Virus record (IMG/VR): IMGVR_UViG_2636416131_000001
Location: 1-64,000 of that record
Source of the DNA: a virus
Lineage: Duplodnaviria; Heunggongvirae; Uroviricota; Caudoviricetes
Strand: one strand, 5' to 3'
DNA length: 64,000 nt
Shown here piece after piece: positions 34,257 to 42,611 of this stretch (positions are counted from its first letter, which is position 1; the number at the start of each line of letters is the position of its first letter). Under the pieces are notes generated by a model. That model was not told where the DNA came from. It searched no databases and worked only from the letters and a program-made list of their open reading frames with translations. The position numbers and the translations under genes were made by a program.

Positions 34257-35770
34257 TGGCCAGAAGTTGCGTAACGGATCCACGTTGGCGCGAGCTGGTG
34301 GCGCTATATCGTTATGACTGGATTGCGGCCGCTGATGTTTTGTTCGGCAAAACACCTACCTGGCAGCAGGATCTGATTATTGAGTCTGTGCAGGAACAGG
34401 GTAGCAAGACATCTGTTTCGTCTGGTCACGGTACCGGGAAATCAGACATGACTTCTATCATGATCATGTTGTTCATAATCATGTATCCCGGTGCCCGCGC
34501 CATTATCGTTGCGAACAAAATTCAGCAGGTAATGACCGGTATATTCAAGTACATCAAGATAAACTGGGCTACTGCCACCAGCCGTTTTCCATGGCTTGCT
34601 GATTATTTTGTTCTGACAGAAACCGCTTTCTATGAGGTTACTGGTAAAGGTGTATGGACTGTAGTACCGAAGGGCTTTCGTCTGGGAAGTGAAGAAGCTC
34701 TCGCCGGTGAACACGCAGATCATCTTCTGTATATTATCGATGAAGCCTCCGGTGTCAGTGATAGAGCTTTCGGTATCATCACCGGTGCTCTTACCGGACA
34801 GGATAACCGCATCTTATTACTGTCACAGCCTACACGCCCAAGCGGCTATTTCTACGATACTCACCATAAACTGGCCAAGCGTCCTGGTAACCCTGATGGC
34901 GTTTATACGGCGATCACGCTTAACAGTGAGGAATCACCGCTGGTAACGCCAGCATTTATCAAAATGAAGCTGGCGGAGTACGGCGGGCGCGATAACCCTA
35001 TGTACATGATTAAGGTACGCGGCCTATTCCCTAAATCACAGGATGGCTTCCTTCTTGGACGTGATGAGGTTGAACGTGCAACGCGGCGGAAAGTCAAGAT
35101 TGCCAAAGGATGGGGCTGGCTTGCATGTGTGGACGTTGCTGGTGGTACGGGAAGGGATAAGTCCGTTATCAATATCATGATGGTGTCCGGCCAGAGAAAT
35201 AAACGCCGTGTAATCAACTATCGAATGCTGGAATACACAGACGTTACAGAAACGCAGCTTGCCGCCAAAATTTTCGCAGAATGTAATCCTGAGCGATTCC
35301 CAAATATTACCATAGCGATAGACGGCGATGGCCTGGGTAAAGCAACGGCGGATCTGATGTACGAGTATTATGGTATTACCGTACAGCGTATACGCTGGGG
35401 TAAAAAGATGCATAGCCGTGAAGATAAGAGCCTGTACTTTGATAAACGTGCTTATGCCAACGTTCAAGCCGCAGAGGCCGTAAAATCTGGTCGTATGAGA
35501 CTGGATAAGGGTAATGAAACTATTGAGGAAGCGTCGAAAATCCCTGTAGGGATTAACTCCGCAGGTCAATGGAAGGTGATGAGTAAGGAGGATATGAAGA
35601 AAAAACTCAACCTGCACTCACCAGACCATTGGGATACATATTGTTTCGCTATGCTGGCGGATTATGTTCCCCAGGACGAAGTGCTTAGCGTCGAAGACGA
35701 AGCGCAGGTTGATGAAGCTCTGGCATGGCTTAATGAATTAATATTTGCTCTAATAAATTGTGTTTTTTAA
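34256..35770 (+). CDS. pacB: terminase large subunit
   Basis: 504 aa; TAATG overlap with pacA; synteny. Confidence 0.8.
   Translation: MARSCVTDPRWRELVALYRYDWIAAADVLFGKTPTWQQDLIIESVQEQGSKTSVSSGHGTGKSDMTSIMIMLFIIMYPGARAIIVANKIQQVMTGIFKYIKINWATATSRFPWLADYFVLTETAFYEVTGKGVWTVVPKGFRLGSEEALAGEHADHLLYIIDEASGVSDRAFGIITGALTGQDNRILLLSQPTRPSGYFYDTHHKLAKRPGNPDGVYTAITLNSEESPLVTPAFIKMKLAEYGGRDNPMYMIKVRGLFPKSQDGFLLGRDEVERATRRKVKIAKGWGWLACVDVAGGTGRDKSVINIMMVSGQRNKRRVINYRMLEYTDVTETQLAAKIFAECNPERFPNITIAIDGDGLGKATADLMYEYYGITVQRIRWGKKMHSREDKSLYFDKRAYANVQAAEAVKSGRMRLDKGNETIEEASKIPVGINSAGQWKVMSKEDMKKKLNLHSPDHWDTYCFAMLADYVPQDEVLSVEDEAQVDEALAWLNELIFALINCVF
35744..35760 (+). promoter_or_regulatory. C1 operator-like box (15/17) at the pacB 3' end
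   Basis: TTTGCTCTAATAAATTG. Confidence 0.45.
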
Positions 35771-35891
35771 CTGCCGATGTTACATTGAACCTGACCTCTT
35801 GCGCCTTGAGGCATTTTCGGTTTATGCTTATCAGGCACCTCAGTAAAACGGGTGCCGGGATTGGAACCCCGGATAATGTCAAAGGCGACAC

Positions 35892-35916
35892 AGACGCCAA
35901 AAGCGTCTTTTTTTGT
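35892..35916 (+). terminator. rho-independent terminator after pacB
   Basis: AGACGC-CAAAA-GCGTCT hairpin followed by a T9 run. Confidence 0.6.
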
Positions 35917-35939
35917 GTCATGCCATCGCACGGCCATAC

Positions 35940-36090
35940 GTAGCGTTTAGCTCAGAGATCAATGGTAGTGCTGGCTGGGCTGCCGAAAGGCAGGCCGGTT
36001 CCCTTTGACGCCGGTAGTTCCAACCCAGTCAGTGCTACCGCCATTGAGATTGGAACCTCACGCGGTAGCTCCTTAACTTAGTCAAAGGAG
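35940..36090 (+). ncRNA. structured leader, candidate c4-like antisense RNA locus
   Basis: 16-bp stem (GGTAGTGCTGGCTGGG with CCCAGTCAGTGCTACC, allowing G-U); GGTTCC/GTTCCAACC elements complementary to ATTGGAACC copies at 35850 and 36047. Confidence 0.3.
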
Positions 36091-36099
36091 GCTGCCATT

Positions 36100-36321
36100 A
36101 TGGCTACTATCCCTACCCCAACTCATCCTGAATTTATCTGGCGCTTTTACTCCTGCCAAAAACGTCACTATCACTTCGTTATTGCACCGACAGAAGATGA
36201 GGCCCGCTCTCAGCTTCCTGACGCCCCATGTATTTTCTCTGCCCGTTTTTCCACTGATTCACGCAATTCTCTCAGTTACTGGTGCCTCCCTGTTAACGCT
36301 TCTGTTCAGGAGGGGCTATGA
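36100..36321 (+). CDS. Icd-like small protein (possible cell-division inhibitor)
   Basis: 73 aa with AAGGAGG SD; HPEFIWRF motif recalled from Icd-like proteins; 4-nt overlap with the antirepressor-like gene. Confidence 0.4.
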   Translation: MATIPTPTHPEFIWRFYSCQKRHYHFVIAPTEDEARSQLPDAPCIFSARFSTDSRNSLSYWCLPVNASVQEGL

Positions 36322-37430
36322 GAACGTCATTAGTCACCCGTGAAGAGATGATCGAGGCAATTGAACAGCACACTGCCTGTATCAGCACCAGGGATATTCC
36401 CAGTGTTATAGCCAACTACTTCATGATCACTAAACAACTTTACCGGAGAAAGGACAAGAACGCGGTTCACCGTATCCTGCTGTCTGATATTCGCGAATAC
36501 CTGCTCGAACAGGGTCATCTGAATTACGCAACCGTCGCAGCCGAAGCACGCAAGGAGGCACACAGAATGAAAGCAACTAACGTTAAATCAGAAAAAATTC
36601 ATGCACCTTCAGTTCAGGAATCGGAGCTGGTGGTTGTTCAGAATCAGTCTGATGAAATTCCCGTTCTGGAATGGCTGGGAGTGCGTGTAGTGACAACTGA
36701 GACTCTTGCTAAAGGGTATGGGACCGATGAAGCGAATATTCGTAAAAATTTGTCTCGCAACCCCGATCGCTTTGAAGAAGGTAAGCATTACTATCTCTTA
36801 ACTGGTTCAAAATTAAAGGAATTTAAAAGGCTAGTGACTATTAGTCACTTGGTTAGCAAATATACAAGTCAGGTAATTCTCTGGGCCGAGCGCGGAGCGG
36901 CACGCATGTCTAAGATCGTGGACACAAATGAAGCATGGGCATTCTTTGAAAAACTGGAAGACAGCTACTTCCGGCAAAAAGAACAGCAACCGGTTGCAAT
37001 CCCCCAAACATTACCAGAAGCCCTACGCCTGGCTGCCGAACTGGCTGAAAAAAAGCAGCTTCTGGAACAGAAAGCCCACCAGCTAAATCAGCAGCTGGTA
37101 GCCGCCGCTCCTAAGGTCGATTTTGCCGACCGGGTATCAGTAGCTAAAGGGATCCTGATTGGGAATTTTGCAAAGGTTGTTGGACTTAAGCAAAACGCGC
37201 TGTTTGCCTGGTTACGGGAGAACGGCATCCTGATAGCGTCCGGTGGACGTAAAAATGTGCCGTTCCAGCAGTACATCAACGCGGGGTATTTCACGGTGAA
37301 AGAAGTGGTGCTGGATGATGAAGATGGCTACCAGATACGGTTGACGCCTCAATTAACGGGTAAAGGCCAGCAGTGGTTGACGCGTAAACTGCTCGATGCT
37401 GGCTTGTTAAAACCGGTGGCGGTTGAATAA
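36318..37430 (+). CDS. phage antirepressor-like protein (ORF6N-like N-domain, KilAC-like C-domain)
   Basis: LEWLGVRVVTTETLAKGYGTDEANIRKNL in the N-part; VVGLKQNALFAWLRENGIL...NVPFQQYINAGYF in the C-part. Confidence 0.55.
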   Translation: MRTSLVTREEMIEAIEQHTACISTRDIPSVIANYFMITKQLYRRKDKNAVHRILLSDIREYLLEQGHLNYATVAAEARKEAHRMKATNVKSEKIHAPSVQESELVVVQNQSDEIPVLEWLGVRVVTTETLAKGYGTDEANIRKNLSRNPDRFEEGKHYYLLTGSKLKEFKRLVTISHLVSKYTSQVILWAERGAARMSKIVDTNEAWAFFEKLEDSYFRQKEQQPVAIPQTLPEALRLAAELAEKKQLLEQKAHQLNQQLVAAAPKVDFADRVSVAKGILIGNFAKVVGLKQNALFAWLRENGILIASGGRKNVPFQQYINAGYFTVKEVVLDDEDGYQIRLTPQLTGKGQQWLTRKLLDAGLLKPVAVE

Positions 37431-37462
37431 TGGAAGAATGCCCGGTTGATGCCGGGCATAAT

Positions 37463-38314
37463 TTATTGCGCGCTTTCGGGGTTGTCGTTTACTGGCTGCC
37501 CCTTCTTGGTTTTACGGCTGCGCGTAACTGATGCGGCTGACTTAACCTTTTTCTCTTCGCGAGTGATGGCAATTTGTTTTTTTACATTTTCAATATCTGC
37601 CAGGCGATATATTTTTGCTTGCGGCCAGCGGTCGCAGATGATCGGTTCTATGGAGTCATAAAGGCTAAATTTTGCTTTTTCGAATTCACCGTTGATGATA
37701 ATTCCATCACGGAGAGTTTCATCGCAGATAAACACGCCACACAGTGGCACATGGTAACTAACTGATTTGCCATCATTGTAGTTAGGGCTACTGGAAATGT
37801 AGTGGACGCGCAGCATTGTTTCGCTAAAGCCGTGTACGCGCATACGGAATTTTTCATCCTCCGGGTACTGCTTCATTAGCTCTTTTGTTGCTTCCAGGTT
37901 CTCTATGTATTTCGCACTGTGCTCATTGATCCCTGCGCTTTTCTGGATGCGAATGTCCTTATCAATCAGATGAATAATGCGACCGGCGGTCATGTTGACG
38001 CTGTTCACAGCTTCTGTCTGATAAGTCGTAACCTTACGCACACCGCGAAGGATGTTAGGCACTGGATATAAAATAGTCTTTGGGATATTGAGGTCTGGGT
38101 ACTGTTCCAGTTCCCGCGCCATTAAAGTCCATTTATCAATTTCAGCCTGAATGCTGTCAGTTTCTTTGAACGGTAGAACGACAACCGGGCGTACAGGACG
38201 ACCGTCGCTGGCTGTATCAACGTGTTGGGCGCGTGCAACAGCTTTTTTTAGAAAGAGATCCCTGAAGCTGACGAACTCCTGGTACAGTTGTTCGCCGTAG
38301 ACATAATTTATCAT
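37463..38314 (-). CDS. c1: C1 repressor of lysogeny
   Basis: 283 aa beginning MINYVYGEQLYQEFVSFRDLFLKKAVARAQHVD; matches P1 C1 as I recall it. Confidence 0.9.
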   Translation of the reverse strand: MINYVYGEQLYQEFVSFRDLFLKKAVARAQHVDTASDGRPVRPVVVLPFKETDSIQAEIDKWTLMARELEQYPDLNIPKTILYPVPNILRGVRKVTTYQTEAVNSVNMTAGRIIHLIDKDIRIQKSAGINEHSAKYIENLEATKELMKQYPEDEKFRMRVHGFSETMLRVHYISSSPNYNDGKSVSYHVPLCGVFICDETLRDGIIINGEFEKAKFSLYDSIEPIICDRWPQAKIYRLADIENVKKQIAITREEKKVKSAASVTRSRKTKKGQPVNDNPESAQ

Positions 38315-38408
38315 TGATCCTCCTCCAGAATTGACATGGCCAATAACGCCCGGCTGAGAAAACCGGTCATTACTGACCTATATTATAGAGGGATCAAACA
38401 AAAATAAT

Positions 38409-38425
38409 AGATTTATTAGTGCATT
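38409..38425 (-). promoter_or_regulatory. degenerate C1 operator-like box (14/17) between coi and c1
   Basis: Reverse complement AATGCACTAATAAATCT. Confidence 0.3.
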
Positions 38426-38634
38426 TATTGTGAGTCTAACTGGTTAGTTGCCATGAGATATTCGATTGTGTCAGTGAGGTCATCCAGGTCGTCTTGGGTG
38501 ATGCGGTACTCCTGATTGGATATCTTTGAGTAGTGTTCAGCAATGGCGCGGGCAGCGTCGGTTTCGGCAGGGTCTACAGATAAAGCGTTAGAGCAATGTC
38601 TAACGTCGTCGATGGTTGGTTGAATGAAAGCCAT
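38425..38634 (-). CDS. coi: C1 inactivator
   Basis: 69 aa MAFIQPTIDDVRHCSNALSVDPAETDAARAIAEHY... immediately upstream of c1. Confidence 0.8.
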   Translation of the reverse strand: MAFIQPTIDDVRHCSNALSVDPAETDAARAIAEHYSKISNQEYRITQDDLDDLTDTIEYLMATNQLDSQ

Positions 38635-38872
38635 AATTATGCCTCACTGTATTGACAACACAGAGCCTGAAGCTCTGACCTACTGTTTCACCCATGATCC
38701 ATGCTGGGGTAATCTAACAACATTGCGCTGTGTGTAAGATGAGCAATGCATAGCTGTAATGCCGTTGTATAAGGTTTCCCTGTTTGCTCATTTCCTTCTG
38801 AGCCGCTCTACAACGCTGAAGACACATTAAATAGTGAATCCAAAGTCGTATTACGTAACGGCGGCAAAACTA

Positions 38873-38889
38873 TAATTTATTAGAGCAAT
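38873..38889 (-). promoter_or_regulatory. C1 operator box (16/17) in the coi/c1 promoter region
   Basis: Reverse complement ATTGCTCTAATAAATTA adjacent to a TATAAT. Confidence 0.55.
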
Positions 38890-38955
38890 TGTCAAACAAC
38901 TATGAAAAACAATCCAGTTTTTGGCTGGTGGAGTGGGATTTTTCTCTCAAAATTT

Positions 38956-38972
38956 ATTGCTCTAATAATTCT
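38956..38972 (+). promoter_or_regulatory. C1 operator box (15/17) next to loxP
   Basis: ATTGCTCTAATAATTCT. Confidence 0.5.
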
Positions 38973-39015
38973 TGATTTTTATGCGCAGCTGGACGTAAAC
39001 TCCTCTTCGGACCTA

Positions 39016-39049
39016 ATAACTTCGTATAGCATACATTATACGAAGTTAT
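39016..39049. other. loxP: loxP site-specific recombination site
   Basis: Exact ATAACTTCGTATA-GCATACAT-TATACGAAGTTAT. Confidence 0.97.
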
Positions 39050-39238
39050 CTTAAGGGTTATTGAACATGATCAATTTACCTGTAAATCCATACAGTTCAA
39101 TACCTTATCAGGTCAAATAGTGATCACTTGATCATTTGATCAAGGTTGCGCTACGTAAAATCTGTGAAATGTTGGCAGTGTTTGTGCTCCAGATTTCGCG
39201 TAGCGCACTTAGCACCACCAATCAATCAGAGGTGAAAA

Positions 39239-39460
39239 ATGGGATATTCAGCTGCTAAAGTGTCCACTCATCTTGAGCTTGAGAAAAACCGTGGTTACTG
39301 GCGGGCAAAAGGGTTTGATCGTGATAGTTGTCAACTGTCATTATCGCGCGGTGAAGAGAAAATAGAACGCACGCGCGGTCGCTGGCGTTTCTATGACGAG
39401 AACCATAAACAGGTAAAGGCAGAGCCGATCCTGTACACTTTACTTAAAACCATTATCTGA
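39239..39460 (+). CDS. small hypothetical ORF between loxP and cre
   Basis: GAGGTG SD; 73 aa; lies in the region expected to hold cre promoters, so could be non-coding. Confidence 0.25.
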   Translation: MGYSAAKVSTHLELEKNRGYWRAKGFDRDSCQLSLSRGEEKIERTRGRWRFYDENHKQVKAEPILYTLLKTII

Positions 39461-39467
39461 GTGTTAA

Positions 39468-40499
39468 ATGTCCAATTTACTGACCGTACACCAAAATTTG
39501 CCTGCATTACCGGTCGATGCAACGAGTGATGAGGTTCGCAAGAACCTGATGGACATGTTCAGGGATCGCCAGGCGTTTTCTGAGCATACCTGGAAAATGC
39601 TTCTGTCCGTTTGCCGGTCGTGGGCGGCATGGTGCAAGTTGAATAACCGGAAATGGTTTCCCGCAGAACCTGAAGATGTTCGCGATTATCTTCTATATCT
39701 TCAGGCGCGCGGTCTGGCAGTAAAAACTATCCAGCAACATTTGGGCCAGCTAAATATGCTTCATCGTCGGTCCGGGCTGCCACGACCAAGTGACAGCAAT
39801 GCTGTTTCACTGGTCATGCGACGGATCCGAAAAGAAAACGTTGATGCCGGTGAGCGTGCAAAACAGGCATTGGCGTTCGAACGCACTGATTTCGACCAGG
39901 TTCGTTCACTCATGGAAAATAGCGATCGCTGCCAGGATATACGTAATCTGGCATTTCTTGGGATTGCTTATAATACCCTGCTACGTATAGCAGAAATTGC
40001 CAGGATCAGGGTTAAAGATATCTCACGTACTGACGGTGGGAGAATGTTAATCCATATTGGCAGAACGAAAACGCTGGTTAGCGCCGCAGGTGTAGAGAAG
40101 GCACTTAGCCTGGGGGTAACTAAACTGGTCGAGCGATGGATTTCTGTCTCTGGTGTAGCTGATGATCCTAATAACTACCTGTTTTGCCGGGTCAGAAAAA
40201 ATGGTGTTGCCGCGCCATCTGCCACCAGCCAGCTATCAACTCGCGCCCTGGAAGGGATTTTTGAAGCAACTCATCGATTGATTTACGGCGCTAAGGATGA
40301 CTCTGGTCAGAGATACCTGGCCTGGTCTGGACACAGTGCCCGTGTCGGAGCCGCGCGAGATATGGCCCGCGCTGGAGTTTCAATACCGGAGATCATGCAA
40401 GCTGGTGGCTGGACCAATGTAAATATTGTCATGAACTATATCCGTAACCTGGATAGTGAAACAGGGGCAATGGTGCGCCTGCTGGAAGATGGCGATTAG
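39468..40499 (+). CDS. cre: Cre tyrosine recombinase
   Basis: 343 aa beginning MSNLLTVHQNLPALPVDATSDEVRKNLMDMFRDRQAFSEHTWKMLLSVCRSWAAWCKLNNRKWFPAEPEDVRDYLLYLQARGLAVKTIQQHLGQLNMLHRRSGLPRPSDSNAVSLVMRRIRKENVDAGERAKQALAFERTDFDQVRSLMENSDRCQDIRNLAFLGIAYNTLLRIAEIARIRVKDISRTDGGRMLIHIGRTKTLVS; matches P1 Cre as I recall it. Confidence 0.97.
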   Translation: MSNLLTVHQNLPALPVDATSDEVRKNLMDMFRDRQAFSEHTWKMLLSVCRSWAAWCKLNNRKWFPAEPEDVRDYLLYLQARGLAVKTIQQHLGQLNMLHRRSGLPRPSDSNAVSLVMRRIRKENVDAGERAKQALAFERTDFDQVRSLMENSDRCQDIRNLAFLGIAYNTLLRIAEIARIRVKDISRTDGGRMLIHIGRTKTLVSAAGVEKALSLGVTKLVERWISVSGVADDPNNYLFCRVRKNGVAAPSATSQLSTRALEGIFEATHRLIYGAKDDSGQRYLAWSGHSARVGAARDMARAGVSIPEIMQAGGWTNVNIVMNYIRNLDSETGAMVRLLEDGD

Positions 40500-40516
40500 C
40501 CATTAACGCGTAAATG

Positions 40517-40533
40517 ATTGCTCTAATTCTTTG
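40517..40533 (+). promoter_or_regulatory. degenerate C1 operator-like box (13/17) upstream of cra
   Basis: ATTGCTCTAATTCTTTG. Confidence 0.35.
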
Positions 40534-40549
40534 ATATTTATGGTGGCAT

Positions 40550-40861
40550 ATGAGAAAGGATTTCAACATCGACGGAAAATATGTAGTGCTGTCTGTAAGC
40601 ACTAATATTCTGTCACCATCTGTCATTGTCACCGTAAAGTTGAGCGATAGGATGCCTGATATCGACTCGATATCTGTTGCGTTCCCCGTTAAAAGCATGC
40701 GGAGTGCTGAACATTTTGTGATGAATGCAACGGAGGAGGAAGCGCGGCGCGGGCTTACTAGAGTGATGGGGGAATTTGGCGAACTCCTGGGTAAGGTAAA
40801 CAATGCCCTTTCAATCAGTTCAGCAAGGTCCAAAGCGTTAACAGCTTCCATGATGAAATAA
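40550..40861 (+). CDS. cra: cre-associated protein
   Basis: 103-aa ORF directly after cre; by position. Confidence 0.5.
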   Translation: MRKDFNIDGKYVVLSVSTNILSPSVIVTVKLSDRMPDIDSISVAFPVKSMRSAEHFVMNATEEEARRGLTRVMGEFGELLGKVNNALSISSARSKALTASMMK

Positions 40862-40993
40862 AAAAAAGCCTGGCAAGGAGCCAGGCTGCACAAAAGAGCG
40901 GGTTTGTATTCCGCATCCAATCAATCAAGAAGGAGTATAGCACACAGGTACTGAAGTGAAAAAATGTGATTCGCGATAAACAAAATATCTGCC

Positions 40994-41020
40994 ATTGCTC
41001 TAATTGATTGCTATAATTTA
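40994..41020 (+). promoter_or_regulatory. C1 operator pair with embedded -10 (ref promoter-operator)
   Basis: ATTGCTCTAATTGATTGCTATAATTTAG. Confidence 0.5.
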
Positions 41021-41077
41021 GCCGCAGTTTTTGTCAACTACGAAGACGTTGCCATTACTTCACTCCTTGACATCATT

Positions 41078-41103
41078 GGCGGCCATTAGGCCGCCTTTTT
41101 TTT
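41078..41103 (+). terminator. hairpin plus T8 in the ref leader (terminator/attenuator-like)
   Basis: GGCGGCC-ATTA-GGCCGCC followed by TTTTTTTT, 5 nt before the ref ATG. Confidence 0.5.
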
Positions 41104-41108
41104 GCCAT

Positions 41109-41669
41109 ATGAAAACAATCGAACAAAAACTTGAACAGCGCCGCGAGTGGCAGAAGGCAGCCAGAGAACGAGCGATCGCTCGGCAACGGGAAAAGTTGGC
41201 TGACCCCGCCTGGCGAGAATCGCAATATCAGAAAATGCGGGATTCTATCGACCGCCGTATCGCTAAACAGAAAGAGCGCCCACCAGCCAGCAAAACGCGG
41301 AAAAGTGCGGTAAAAATAAAATCTCGTGGCTTGAAGGGGCGAACACCGACGGCGGAGGAACGGACCATCGCCAATGCTCTTGGCACTCTCCCCTGCATTG
41401 CCTGCTACATGCATGGAGTAATATCTGAAGAGGTGTCTCTGCACCATATCTCCGGTCGTACCGCGCCGGGTTGTCACAAAAAGCAATTGCCCCTTTGCAG
41501 ATGGCACCACCAGCATGCAGCACCGGCTGAAGTAAGAGAAAAATACCCTTGGCTGGTCCCCGTTCATGCCGATGGTGTGGTTGGAGGCAAGAAAGAATTC
41601 ACCTTGCTGAACAAGTCAGAGATGGAATTGCTGGCTGACGCCTATGAGATGGCAAACATCATGCACTAA
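41109..41669 (+). CDS. ref: recombination enhancement function, HNH endonuclease
   Basis: Internal ATG gives 186 aa (the P1 Ref length as I recall); Cys/His cluster CIACYMHG...LHHISG...CHKK...CRWHH. Confidence 0.75.
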   Translation: MKTIEQKLEQRREWQKAARERAIARQREKLADPAWRESQYQKMRDSIDRRIAKQKERPPASKTRKSAVKIKSRGLKGRTPTAEERTIANALGTLPCIACYMHGVISEEVSLHHISGRTAPGCHKKQLPLCRWHHQHAAPAEVREKYPWLVPVHADGVVGGKKEFTLLNKSEMELLADAYEMANIMH

Positions 41670-41735
41670 TAAATATATTATTTTTAATCTTAAATGATTG
41701 ACAACTGACAAGTGACTTGAGTCAGAATCATCACA

Positions 41736-41798
41736 CGCCCGGTACGGATGGATCCCTTTTCAAATATTCCATGGACGGCACAGTCTGAGTACCGGGCG
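41736..41798. repeat. 10-bp perfect inverted repeat with 43-nt spacer between ref and mat
   Basis: CGCCCGGTAC ... GTACCGGGCG. Confidence 0.5.
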
Positions 41799-41818
41799 CT
41801 ACCTTCAGTTGTATTGCT

Positions 41819-41846
41819 AAGCCGCCGCTGGTGGCTTTTCTTTTTT
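41819..41846 (+). terminator. rho-independent terminator upstream of mat
   Basis: AAGCCGCC-GCTG-GTGGCTT hairpin followed by TTCTTTTTT. Confidence 0.5.
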
Positions 41847-41857
41847 GTAGGGGCGCT

Positions 41858-42499
41858 ATGGATAAGAAAATATGCGTTGTTTCAATGAGCGTCGGCAAAC
41901 CGGCGTCAATGACTGCTGCATGGATCAACAATGAGCTGATAATGGCTGAGCGGACCAGCTACCCTGAACGCCGCCGCGATATGGAACTCCAGCTGCTGCG
42001 CGAATTGCGAGAAAAAGAGGAAAAGGGTTTTATCGTGCTGGTGGAAGAGGAAAACAGCTTTATTACCGGTCGAGTTGGCCAGCGTGTAAGGTTGCGTGAT
42101 CCCTTCATGAACGGCAGACCGGTACTGATTGAAGCAATGCAGATTTACAAGGAATTGGAACGCCAGAAAGCGATCAAGTTACCGCGCAAGGAATCCGGCA
42201 AATACATCCTTCACCAAAGCATCTTCGATTCCGAACACGATAAAAAAGGCGATGAATTTTTCAACATCAACTGGAGCGAAATAACGACAGAACATGTTCT
42301 GACGTTACTATGTTGCTTTGCGACGGAATACAACAACGTTGCCAGCGCCGACTACATCAGGGCAATGGCTGGAGAAGTTGAGGCCCATCAGGAACCATCA
42401 TTACTAAGTCCCCTGATTAACATAATTCGCGGAACTCAAACACTAACGCAAAAACAAGTGCCGCAAGGAGAATTAACAGGTAAACAGAACTATTTATAA
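41858..42499 (+). CDS. mat: maturation control protein
   Basis: ATG after AGGGG SD (the track GTG start lies inside the terminator hairpin); named by position after ref. Confidence 0.5.
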   Translation: MDKKICVVSMSVGKPASMTAAWINNELIMAERTSYPERRRDMELQLLRELREKEEKGFIVLVEEENSFITGRVGQRVRLRDPFMNGRPVLIEAMQIYKELERQKAIKLPRKESGKYILHQSIFDSEHDKKGDEFFNINWSEITTEHVLTLLCCFATEYNNVASADYIRAMAGEVEAHQEPSLLSPLINIIRGTQTLTQKQVPQGELTGKQNYL

Positions 42500-42611
42500 T
42501 AGTTACGTTAGGTAACATTATGGGTATGTTTCATTTTCATACCCATTGATTTCTAGCTTGATTTGTTATTATATGTAACAACACATTAATCATTTGAACT
42601 GGATGTTAGTA

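Noticed and set aside
41031-41108. N-terminal extension of ref from the track start (212 aa)
   Set aside because: The extension would translate through an operator/promoter and a terminator hairpin; the internal ATG at 41109 gives the 186-aa length I recall for Ref.
41831-41857. GTG start of mat given by the track
   Set aside because: The GTG lies inside the terminator stem-loop; the ATG at 41858 with an AGGGG SD is preferred.
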